Assembly: GCA_963783055.1 (NCBI GenBank)
Contig: CAWAMB010000004.1
Span: 718,304 to 782,303 of the forward strand
Direction of reading: 5' to 3'
Length of the DNA stretch: 64,000 nucleotides
Source of the DNA: an uncultured Chloroflexia bacterium
GTDB taxonomy: Bacteria > Chloroflexota > Limnocylindria > Limnocylindrales > CSP1-4
Shown: piece after piece, positions 29,264 to 38,800 of the stretch
Layout of the letters: each line of letters begins with the position of its first letter
Position numbering within the stretch: the stretch's first letter is position 1
Notes under the pieces: model-generated
The model's database searches: none
Told to the model about the DNA's origin: nothing
What the model saw: the letters and a program-made list of their open reading frames with translations, nothing else
Made by a program: the position numbers and the translations under genes

Positions 29264-29631
29264 TGGCCACGGTTCGCTACCTCGTGAGCGACGTCGAACA
29301 GGCCGAGGCGTTCTACGTGGAGCAGCTCGGCTTCGTCGTCGAGCAGGAGATGTTGCCGGCGTTCGCACGGATCCGGCGCGACGACCTGACGCTCTGGCTG
29401 GCGGGCCCGACGTCGTCCGCCGCCCGCCCGATGCCCGATGGCCGGCAGCCGGAGCCCGGCGGCTGGAACCGGTTCGTGATCGAGGTCGACGACCTGGCGA
29501 CGGTGATCGAGAGCCTGGGCGCGGCCGGGGCCGGCTTCCGGAACGATGTCGTGACCGGGCCGGGCGGGAGGCAGATCCTCGTCGAGGACCCGGACGGCAA
29601 CCCGATCGAGCTGTTCGAGGCGCGCCGATGA
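29263..29631 (+). CDS. VOC/glyoxalase family protein
   Basis: VRYLVSDV..AEAFY, GPGGRQILVEDPDGNPIELFE. Confidence 0.9.
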   Translation: MATVRYLVSDVEQAEAFYVEQLGFVVEQEMLPAFARIRRDDLTLWLAGPTSSAARPMPDGRQPEPGGWNRFVIEVDDLATVIESLGAAGAGFRNDVVTGPGGRQILVEDPDGNPIELFEARR

Positions 29632-29994
29632 GTGGCCTGATGATCCTGGTCGCCGGGCCGTACCGGTCCGGCACGGACGGCGATCCGGCGCGAATCCAGG
29701 CGAACGTCGACGCGATGACGCGCACGGCCCTGGCCTTGCATCGCCGTGGTCACCTGCCGGTCATGGGCGAATGGTTCGCGCTGCCGCTGATCGAGGCCGC
29801 CGTCGCGGACGGCGATTCCGAGGAGGACGCCGACGCCGCGATCTTCCACCCCGTCGCCGAGCAGCTCCTGGCCCGCTGCGACGGGTGCCTCCGGATCGGC
29901 GGGCCGTCCGAGGGCGCCGATCGGATGGTCGCAACGGCGCGGCGGCTCGGCAAGTCCGTGTTCACCGTCGATCGACGAGGTCCCCGCGCCGTGA
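29628..29994 (+). CDS. DUF4406-like (nucleoside deoxyribosyltransferase-fold) protein; probable indel near the 3' end
   Basis: MILVAGPYRSG, GEWFALP, RCDGCLRIGGPSEGAD; the natural stop is probably TGA 29992-29994. Confidence 0.7.
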
Positions 29995-30265
29995 CGCGCG
30001 ACCCTGGGCCCGTGCCGGCTCTTCGTCCTGTTGCCGCGCCGATCTGGGCGGGCAATGCCCGGCCAGCGGGTTATCTGCCGTCTGGTCCAGCTGGCCGTCG
30101 GCCGCCTGCCCAGCCTGCGGGCGATCCGGCGGCCGACTTGCTCGCCAGCCGCCGCCCTGCCCATCGGCCGGGTCGATCGACGGTCGAGCGCCGCGGATCC
30201 GGCCGGGTCGCGTGGTCCGGGCGCCGCATGACCCGCCGGGCGGGCACTGAGCGGAAGGCGGGCTC

Positions 30266-31055
30266 GTGACCGACGCCGAACCGGCCGCCTTCAGCAAGTC
30301 CGAGATGATGATCGTGGCCGCGGCGCGCGAGCTGGCGGGACAGCGCGTCTGCTTCGTCGGCGTCGGGCTGCCGAACATCGCGGTCAACCTCGCCCAGCGG
30401 ACCGTCGCGCCGGACCTCGAGCTGGTCTACGAGGCGGGCGTGTTCGGCGCCCGGCCGGCCCGCCTGCCCCTCAGCATCGGCGATCCGACGATCGTCACCG
30501 GCGCCACCGCGGCGACGAGCATGTTCGAGCTGTTCGCGTTCTATCTCCAGGGCGGCCTGATCGACGTCGGGTTCCTCGGGGCCGCCCAGATCGACCGGTT
30601 CGGGAACATCAACACGACCGTCATCGGCGACTACGACCAGCCGACCACGCGCCTGCCCGGGAGCGGCGGCGCGTGCGAGATCGCGATCAACGCCCGCCAG
30701 GTGTTCGTGATCATGCGCCAGAGCGCCCGCAGCTTCGTCGACACGATCGACTTCCGGACCAGCCCCGGCAACCTGGGCGGCGCCGAGCAGAGTGAGCGGA
30801 TCCGGCGCGAGCAGGGCTGGCTCGGCCGCGGGCCCAGCGTCGTCGTGACCGACCTCGGGATCTACCACTTCGACGAGTCCGGCGAGATGCGGCTCGATTG
30901 GCTCCATCCGGGCGCGACAGTGGACCAGGTCCGCGACGACGATCGGCTGGCCGGTCAAGATCGCCGCCGACCTCGGCGCGACGCCACCGCCGACCGACGA
31001 GGAGCTCCACCTGATCCGCGCCGAGCTCGACCCCGGCGGCGCGTACACCCGCTGA
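30266..31055 (+). CDS. CoA-transferase subunit B (frameshift near 30940)
   Basis: FVGVGLP, YEAG, GAAQIDRFGNINTT, LPGSGGA, VTDLG; the tail PPTDEELHLIRAELDP is in another frame. Confidence 0.88.
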
Positions 31056-31177
31056 GCCATGCCGCCGCGGCGCGGAGGCCCGTCCGCATGGCCCGCGCGC
31101 GCGATGTGACGACCGTCCGGCGCCGATCGGACCATCGGGTCGGCGCGGCATGAGGACCGGCCGGGCACGATCGCATC

Positions 31178-32744
31178 ATGGAGTCCCAGGCCGGGCGTCC
31201 GGCAGGCAGCACGACCGATCTCGACCGCCTGACGATCCGGTATGTCGACGGCAGCACGACGGCCAGCCCGGTTCGTCCGGCACGGTCCGTCCTCCAGGCC
31301 GTCCCCGATGACCGCGCCGGCATCCCGACCGGGCGGCTGCTCGGGGCGCTCTCCACGGCCCTCGATCTGACCGAGGGCCAGCTGCCCGGCCACTCGCTCC
31401 GGACGTGCTTCCTCGCGATGCGCGTGGCCGATGCCCTGGACCTGCCCGCCGTCGAGCGGCGCGATCTGTTCCACGCGGCGTTCCTCAAGGATGCCGGGTG
31501 CTCGTCGAATGCCGCCGCGGTGACGCGGATCTTCGGCGGCGAGGACCAGGTCCTGAAGGGTCGTCGGGCGACCGTCGAGCGATCGCTCCTCGCCCAGGCC
31601 GCCTTCACGATCCAGAACCTGCCCTGCGACCGAGCCGTTGCCCCTCCGCCTCCGACGCCTCATCCGGATCGGTCTGTCCGGTCGGCGTGAGCAGCGCCAG
31701 GTCGAGCAGATCCGCTGCGAGCGGGGCGCCTCGATCGCCCGCAAGGCCGGCTTCAGCGACCGAGCCGGCTGGGCGGTCCACGACGTCCACGAGCACTGGG
31801 ATGGCGGCGGCCAGCCGCGCGGCCTGCGCGGCGACGAGATCGATCCGCTGGCCCGGATCATCGCGGCCTGTCAGGGCCTCGACGTCTTCCTCTCGACCCG
31901 CGGCCGGGCCGAGGCCCTGCGCGTGATCGCCGCCCGGAGCGGGAGCTGGTACGACCCGGACGTCAGCGGAACCCTGCTCGACCTGAGCAGTCGCGGCCTG
32001 CTCGACGACCTTGCGGCGCCGGACCTCGTCGGACGCACGACGGAGCTCGAGCCGGACGGGATCGTCGAGGTGGCCGACGGCGCGGCGATCGACCGCGTGG
32101 CCGAGGCGTTCGCCGACATCGTCGACGCGAAGAGTCCGTACACCGGCCTCCACTCGCGACGGGTCGCCGACGTGGCCGAGCGCCTCGCCGCCTCGATGGG
32201 TCTCGCGCCCGGTGAGGTCGTCGACGTCCGGCGGGCCGGCCTGCTCCACGACCTCGGCAAGCTCGGCGTCCCGAACTCCATCCTCGACAAGCCGTCCCGG
32301 CTCGAACCGGAGGAGTTCGCGGTCATCCAGCGCCACCCGGAGCTGACGCTCCGGATCCTCGAGCCCATTCCGACGTTCGCGGATGTGGCCGAGCTGGCCG
32401 CCTGTCATCACGAGCGTCTCGACGGCCGGGGCTACTTCCGGAACCTGTCCGCGCATGCCCTGGTGTTGGGTGCGCGGATCGTGGCCGTGGCCGACGTCTG
32501 GGAGGCTCTGACGGCCGATCGACCCTATCGGGCGGCGATGGATCAGGCAGCCGCCCTCGAGATCATGCGGGCCGAGGCAGGCGACCACCTCGCGGGCGAG
32601 GTCGTCGTCGTCCTCGAGTCGATCCTGGCCGACAGCTCGGCCGCCGCGCCGGCACAGACGGCGCGGAGCCTGCCGGTCACGGACGCTGCGGCGCCCGGCG
32701 CGCCGGGCAAGGACGGCTCCGCGCGGACGTCCTCCGCCGCCTGA
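31178..32744 (+). CDS. Tandem HD-GYP phosphodiesterase with a degenerate N-terminal domain (frameshift near 31625)
   Basis: LSTALDLTEGQ, LKDAGCSSNA, HEHWDGGG; second domain DAKSPYT.HS, LHDLGK, HHERLDGRGY. Confidence 0.85.
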
Positions 32745-32787
32745 GCGCATCTACTCGCGGCGCGAATCCTCACCCGCCGCCCAGCCC

Positions 32788-34197
32788 TCACCAGGGCGCG
32801 ACGGCCAGCAGCCGGTCGTAGCCGCTGCCCGGGACCGGCGCCAGCCGCGTCCCGCTCATCGCGTCGAGGGCGACGATCTCCCCGCTGCCGTGGACCAGCG
32901 CGAACAGGACGGTGCCCGGCGTCGTGAGTCCGAGCCCGTCGATCGCGGAGCCCGCCAGGTCATGGCGTGCGACCGTCAGGTCCTTCGTCCGGATCGCGAC
33001 GACGCCGTCGCCGCCGGCCGCGTAGAGCATCGTCCCGTCCGGCGACACGATGACCCGCCGCCCGATCGGCCCGACGTCGAGGTGGCCGAACTTGGCGAGC
33101 ACGATCCTCGGCCCGGCCGCGGTCAGGTCGATCGACGCCGAACGCCGGACGGACAGCTGAGCCGGATCGACCTCGACGACGATGCCGACGCTCGCGTTCA
33201 CCGCGTACACCGTCGCGCCGTTGTCCTTGGCCGCGAGGCCCCAGTCGAGCGCCGCGCCGGGAGCGACGGCGACCGCCGCGCCGAACGATCCATCGGCCGG
33301 CAGGTCGATGCAGATCGCCCACGCCTCGGTCGACATCAGGGCGTGGATGAACGGATGCTCCGGGCCGTCGTAGAGCGTCAGGACGAGCCCGCTCGCCTGA
33401 CGGATCTGGGCGATCGGCGATCCGGCCATCGTCTCGTCGGGGTTGCCCTTGTCGACGATGACGGCGTCGCGCATCACGCCCGTCGGCACGTCGATCGCGC
33501 GGACCTGGTAGCGACCGCCGGACCGCTCGTCGAGATGCTGGACGACGTAGAGGATCCGGCCGTCGGGCGACAGCGCGTCGTACTCGAATGCGCCGGGCAG
33601 CTCGATGATCCGGGCGAGGCGGAGCGGCGAATCGCCCGCGGTCTGGACCTTGTTCCCCAGCGCGTGTTCGACGATCGCGAAGCGGCTGACGACCGGCGAG
33701 TCCGGCGACGCACCGTCGTAGGCCCTCTCGACGAGCGCGATCGTCGAGCCGTCGAGCGACCGGCCGGCCGGAACGGGATCGAGCCCGATGGTCGGGAGCT
33801 GCCAGTTGCCCGGGACGCGCAGCTCCGGCCCGCCGAGGCCGGGCTGCACCACGACGTCGCGGACGATCGTGGCGGTGCCGTCCGGGGTCGCCGTGACGAC
33901 CCTGGCCCAGGTCGCGCGGGGTGCGCCGTTCGGGATGTCGAGGCCGACTTCGCCGGTCGTCGAGAGCATCAGCTGGAGGTCCGCCTGGCCGGGACGACCG
34001 ACGAGCAGCCAGGCCTTCGACAGCTCGGGATCGACGCCGGGAGCTGATGGCCGGGCGCTGGACGTCGCACCGGACGTGGGCCCCGGCGAGACCGGCGCCG
34101 GCGGCAGCGATTCGGGACTCGCCGCCGCCTGGCAGCCGGTCAGGATGAGCGCCGTAAGCCCGATCGTCAGCCCGTGGGGGAGGGAAGTGCGTGGCAT
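32788..34197 (-). CDS. Lipoprotein with a probable beta-propeller
   Basis: Lipobox LTGC, Pro/Ser linker, LSPDGRILY and VSPDGTMLY blade motifs. Confidence 0.75.
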   Translation of the reverse strand: MPRTSLPHGLTIGLTALILTGCQAAASPESLPPAPVSPGPTSGATSSARPSAPGVDPELSKAWLLVGRPGQADLQLMLSTTGEVGLDIPNGAPRATWARVVTATPDGTATIVRDVVVQPGLGGPELRVPGNWQLPTIGLDPVPAGRSLDGSTIALVERAYDGASPDSPVVSRFAIVEHALGNKVQTAGDSPLRLARIIELPGAFEYDALSPDGRILYVVQHLDERSGGRYQVRAIDVPTGVMRDAVIVDKGNPDETMAGSPIAQIRQASGLVLTLYDGPEHPFIHALMSTEAWAICIDLPADGSFGAAVAVAPGAALDWGLAAKDNGATVYAVNASVGIVVEVDPAQLSVRRSASIDLTAAGPRIVLAKFGHLDVGPIGRRVIVSPDGTMLYAAGGDGVVAIRTKDLTVARHDLAGSAIDGLGLTTPGTVLFALVHGSGEIVALDAMSGTRLAPVPGSGYDRLLAVAPW

Positions 34198-34246
34198 CGA
34201 TCGGTCTCCTTCGTCCGGCGGACCCGCCGCGGGTCGATGACCTCCT

Positions 34247-34272
34247 TACACCGACCCGCCGGCCGTGGTTCC
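34247..34272 (-). promoter_or_regulatory. ECF sigma promoter motif GGAACC-N14-GGTGTA upstream of the lipoprotein gene
   Basis: Exact motif on the minus strand about 50 bp before the start codon. Confidence 0.7.
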
Positions 34273-34276
34273 GGGG

Positions 34277-35170
34277 TCAGCGGATCGAGGCGGCGATGGC
34301 GATCGTGGCCGCGCGGTCCAGGCCGGACTCGAGGCGATAGGTGACGTCGTCGCGTGTCCAGAGCAAGGTGTCGCCGACGCTCCGCCGGCTGTCGAACGCG
34401 GCCTGGCCGTCCGCGCCGACGTACACGATCTCGTGGGCCGTCCCGGAGATCCAGTAGGCCGGCTCGCCGTCGACCGAGACGGTCGTGATCGTCGTTCCCT
34501 GGCTGATGATCTTCTGGAAGTAGCCGGAATCCAGCGAGCCGCGGAACTCGCTCAGGATCAGACCGACGCCGGGCTCCGCGAGCTCGGGCAAGGTCGGGGT
34601 GGCGCTCCAGACGAAGCTCAGCCGGCCCTCGAGCAGCCACACGGTGGCCGGGGTACCGACGCCCGGCGCGGTCGGCAGCGTGACCGGGATGTCGACCAGA
34701 TCCGGCGCCGTCGCAAGCTGGATCCGGCTGCCCATTCCGAGGTTGCTGCCGAGCGGATCGGCGGGCGTCGGACGCGGCGTGGGCGTCGGACGGGCGGTCG
34801 GCGTGAGCGACGGCGATGGACCGGTCGAGCCGGTCAGTGAGGGGATCGGCGATGCCGGCGGCGCGAAGACGATCCGGATCCCGGGCAGCCCGAGACCGAT
34901 CGCGCCGGCGACGGCGGCGAGAGAGAGGAGGGCAACCAGCGCGAACACCGCGCCGCGGCTCAGCCGGCGCCCCGGGGTCGGGGCGAGCCACGACCAGCGT
35001 CGCCGTGGCACGTTGGCCGCGCCCGTCGCCTGGGTGATCCGGAGTCGGGCGCGAGCCGCCGGATCGAGCCCGCCCGCGGCGCCGACGGCGGGGACCGCCA
35101 ACGCACCGCCCAGGTCGCGCAATGCGGCCTCGAGCGCAACATCGTCGAATGGACGGAGGCGGTCAGCCAT
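34277..35170 (-). CDS. Putative membrane-anchored anti-sigma factor
   Basis: Overlaps the ECF gene; N-terminal LEAALRDLG helix, one TM, Pro/Thr linker, extracellular domain ending TLLWTRDDVTYRLES. Confidence 0.7.
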   Translation of the reverse strand: MADRLRPFDDVALEAALRDLGGALAVPAVGAAGGLDPAARARLRITQATGAANVPRRRWSWLAPTPGRRLSRGAVFALVALLSLAAVAGAIGLGLPGIRIVFAPPASPIPSLTGSTGPSPSLTPTARPTPTPRPTPADPLGSNLGMGSRIQLATAPDLVDIPVTLPTAPGVGTPATVWLLEGRLSFVWSATPTLPELAEPGVGLILSEFRGSLDSGYFQKIISQGTTITTVSVDGEPAYWISGTAHEIVYVGADGQAAFDSRRSVGDTLLWTRDDVTYRLESGLDRAATIAIAASIR

Positions 35171-35758
35171 CGATCGGTCCCGCCTCGGCCGGTCCGAGCC
35201 GATCGCGGAGGCGTGCCAGCGCCCGCGACAGGCGCGACTTGACGGTGCCCCGCGGAACGCCGAGCAGCTCGGCGGACTCGGCCTCGGACAGCTCCAGGAA
35301 GTAGCGCGCCGTGATCACGTCGCGATCCTCGTCGCGAAGTTCGTTGATGCCGGCCAAGCAGCCAGAGCCGACGCTCATCGGCGAGGACCGCCGACTCGGG
35401 CGATGGGGCCGCATCGTCCGGCCGGCGATCCTCGACGGAGCGGAGGGCGAGCCCGGCCCGACGGCCGGCCGACCTCCGCCGATTGCGGGCCTCGTTGGCG
35501 ACGATCCGGAGGAGCCACGGCCGGAACGGCGCCCCGGCCCGGAACCGGGACAGCGCCGCAGTACGCCTTGACGAACGCCTCCTGCACCGCGTCCTCGGCG
35601 TCGCCGTCGGGCGCGAACAGATGCGCCGTCCGGACTGCGACGGCCTGGTGCCGGCGGACCAGCTCCTCGTAGGCCATGACGTCGCCTCTCCGTGCGCGGT
35701 CGATCAGCTCGGCGTCGTGACGCCCTTCGTCTTCCAGTGGACGGCCCTCCACGGTCAA
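35163..35758 (-). CDS. ECF RNA polymerase sigma factor (frameshifted)
   Basis: DAELIDRARRGDVMAYEELV, AEDAVQEAFVKAY, FRPWLLRIVANEARN, ELSEAESAELLGVPRGTVKSRLSRA. Confidence 0.9.
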
Positions 35759-35768
35759 CCGTAGTCCC

Positions 35769-35794
35769 TACACCGGGCTGAGGGCGATGGTTCC
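35769..35794 (-). promoter_or_regulatory. Autoregulatory ECF promoter motif GGAACC-N14-GGTGTA
   Basis: Lies immediately upstream of the ECF start codon. Confidence 0.72.
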
Positions 35795-35827
35795 ACGGCG
35801 CCATTCCGCGGGGCATTCGCCGCTCCG

Positions 35828-35863
35828 AATCGAAAGCGCCGGGCTCGTTGCCGGCCCGGCGCT
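35828..35863 (-). terminator. Rho-independent terminator of the giant secreted protein gene
   Basis: AGCGCCGGGC-loop-GCCCGGCGCT followed by TTCGATT on the minus strand, about 20 bp after the stop. Confidence 0.6.
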
Positions 35864-35884
35864 CATCGAGGAACCGCGGAGCGG

Positions 35885-38800
35885 CTACTTGAAGGTGAAC
35901 AGGGTGGAATAGGTCGTACCGTCAAAGAACTTGACGTCCAGTCGCTGGCACGTGCCCGCGAGCGTCTTGGCCGTCTTCCAGTTGAACTGGTACTGGCCGC
36001 TGGCGGTGTCGTAGGTCAGAGCGCTCGTCTGAGTCGTCGTTTCCTCGAGATCGTCAACCGGTGCCGTCGAGGAACAGGCAACAGGTACAGCGAGTGGGAA
36101 ACCGGTCGCGAAGATGCCGGTGAGACCGCGGTTGCCACCGAGACTGAACTTCACGGGCACCGTGCTGCCCGCCTTGGCGGAGTTGACCATCGGCAAGTTG
36201 TCGACGGGGGAGAAGAAGCCGGTGAATGGCCAAACGGTCAGAGACACCGAGCCCGAGACCGAGCCCGTGAAGCTGTCGTCAGACGGGGTCGTAAGGGGGC
36301 AGGCACTCGCCGCGATCGGCTTGTCGAAGCAGGCGTAGATCGTGTACGTGCCGCCGGTCTGCGGGGTCGGCACGAGCTTTGCCTTGCCGTCGAGTCCAGT
36401 CACGGCCGTCATCGTCGAGGACACTGGGCCGCTCACGACGAACCAAACCGTCTTGAACGGGATGGGTGCGCCGCTCGCGCTGGTCAGCGTGGCGGTGACG
36501 CCCACGCCGCCCGAAACGACTGGGCCGGTCGGATTCGTCAGCGTAAGTGTCGTCGCGCCTTTGCCAACACTCAGTGAGCGAGCGTCGCCGCTCGGTTGAT
36601 AGTTCGTGTCGCCTGCGAAGCCCGCTGACAACAGCGACGTACCGGCCGCAGGTGGTAGCGGCACCGTCGCGCTTGCAACGCCATCCGAGTCCGTTACGCC
36701 GGTCACCTGTCCGACACCGGCTTGGAACGTGATCGTCTTGCCCGCGACGGGATTGCCACCGGATGTGAGCGTCGCGGAGGCGGAAGTCGTGGCGCCAGCG
36801 CTACCCGACGTCGGCGTGCTTGCGAGCACCAGCGTCGTGGCAGCAGCGGTGGTCGTTGCCGCCGATGCGTTGAACACCCGGTTGTACGCGCCCAGGTTGT
36901 CGGCGATGGTCACCAGGCCAGCACCGTTCACTGCCTCGACGATGAAGCGGATGTTCGACGCGTTTACGCCGGACGGGAGATTGAAGGAGCCCGTGAACAG
37001 GCTCGGGTTCGCGGCGTCCGCGGTCAGGTCGACCGGGTGCCAGTGCTTGGCGCCACTGTTCTCGGTGCCGGTGTAGACGATCCACACGGACTGGATGCCC
37101 GCGCTCGGATCCCCGGTCACCGTTGCCTGGACGTTCACGGTCGAGCCCGTGAGGATGCCCTGGATGTTGGTGATCGCCGGAGCTGCCGCCTGGGCCGCGT
37201 TTCCGGTGAACGAGCTGTAGAACAGCTTCAGGCCGACATTGCTATAGACGCGGCGGATGGACTTACCCGCGTTTGCGTCGTCGGTCTTGTGCTGGGCCGG
37301 CATGACGAGGAGCTTGGTAGTGCCACCGCCCAGCGCATCGAAGTAGTTCGTACGCCAGACCTGGGCCGGGACGAACATCGACGAGGCGAATGCCGGCAGC
37401 GCCGGATCGCCGACGAGCGTGGACACATCGCTCAGCAGCGGCGTCACGTTCGGCGTGTCGGTGTAGTCGCCGCCGATGAACCCGACGCCCTTCAGGACCT
37501 TGCCCGTCGCGGTCGCGTTCTTGACCTGAAGCGGCAGGATCGGAGATCCGACATTCGCCGTGATCCCATCGCTGCCGGACAGGTAGCTGCCATTCGGCGA
37601 CGTGGGCGAGCCCGGGTTCGTTGGCGTTGCGAGCGTGACGACGGCGGACTGAAGTCCGAGCGGTCCGGTGCCAATCACCCCGTCGACCGGACTCGGTGTG
37701 ACGCCCGCATCCGGAGTCGGAGCCGCGACGCGGCCGGTCGGCATCGCGACGCTGAGCATCGGCAGCCCATAGAGGGTCGCCTGGATGATCGACTTCGCGT
37801 GCAGGACCCGGATGTCGGGCGTGGATGCCAGGTAGATCTGCTTGGCCTTGAGAAGCGCCGTGCCGAGCGGGACAGCCTGGCCGACCGAGCCGATTCGGAG
37901 CTGGTGCGCGAACTCGGCGTAGATCCGTTCGCCGTACTCGACCAGCTCGTCGTCGCCGTACTGGTAGCCGGTGCCGCCGATCAGGGTCGCTCCCTTGCGA
38001 GCGAACGCCTGGGCAAAGTCGATCGGCTGTGTGCCGGTCGTCTGATCCGCGTCGAGCAGGTTGTAGCCGGAGTGGCAGCCGGCGCTGAAGACGATGGAGT
38101 TGACGAGGTTCACCGACGCGGTGGCGATGTCCGTGGAGGACAACTTCGTCGTGAAGTCGGCGGCGATTGCCTCGTTCGCAGTGAAGTGACCGCCCATGAA
38201 GATCAGGTCGTGGCGGGTGCCCGTGACCGCCTGCTTGAGCTGGACGCCCGTCCAGGCATTCGCCGCCGGCACGCCGAAGGCGTTCGTCGCGAGCAGCGTG
38301 TCGCTCGTCTTGCCGGTGCCGGCATCGAGCTCGGACTTGACCTTGTCCGCACCGTCGCGGAAGAAGTCGTAGCCGGTCACGAGCGAAGTCGTCGGAGTCG
38401 CTACGACGCCGTTCGTCGTCGCGCCATAGGCGTCGAGCATCCCAGAAGCCTCAGAGGCCGTCTCCACGAGCCGGCCGACGGCGAGCTCGGGGATCGGGAA
38501 GGCGTACATGCCGAGCGAGATGCTCACGCTGGATCCGTACTCATCCTGGCCGAGGACGTAGTCGGAGCGGAGGCTTGCCTCCGACGGCGATGTCGTCTTG
38601 ACCGGCGGAATGTAGTCACTCTCTGGCCCGAGGGTGTTCTGGTCCGGGTAGCGGAAGAACGGAATCGTGGCGTCGCCGCCGACGAGAACGATGTACTTCA
38701 TCGTCGGGTTCGCCGTTCGGTACTTCGTGACCACGTCCTTGATGCCTGCCGCGACCAAGTTCTTCGCGTACACGCACGCGGCGTTGGCTGGGAGATCGGC

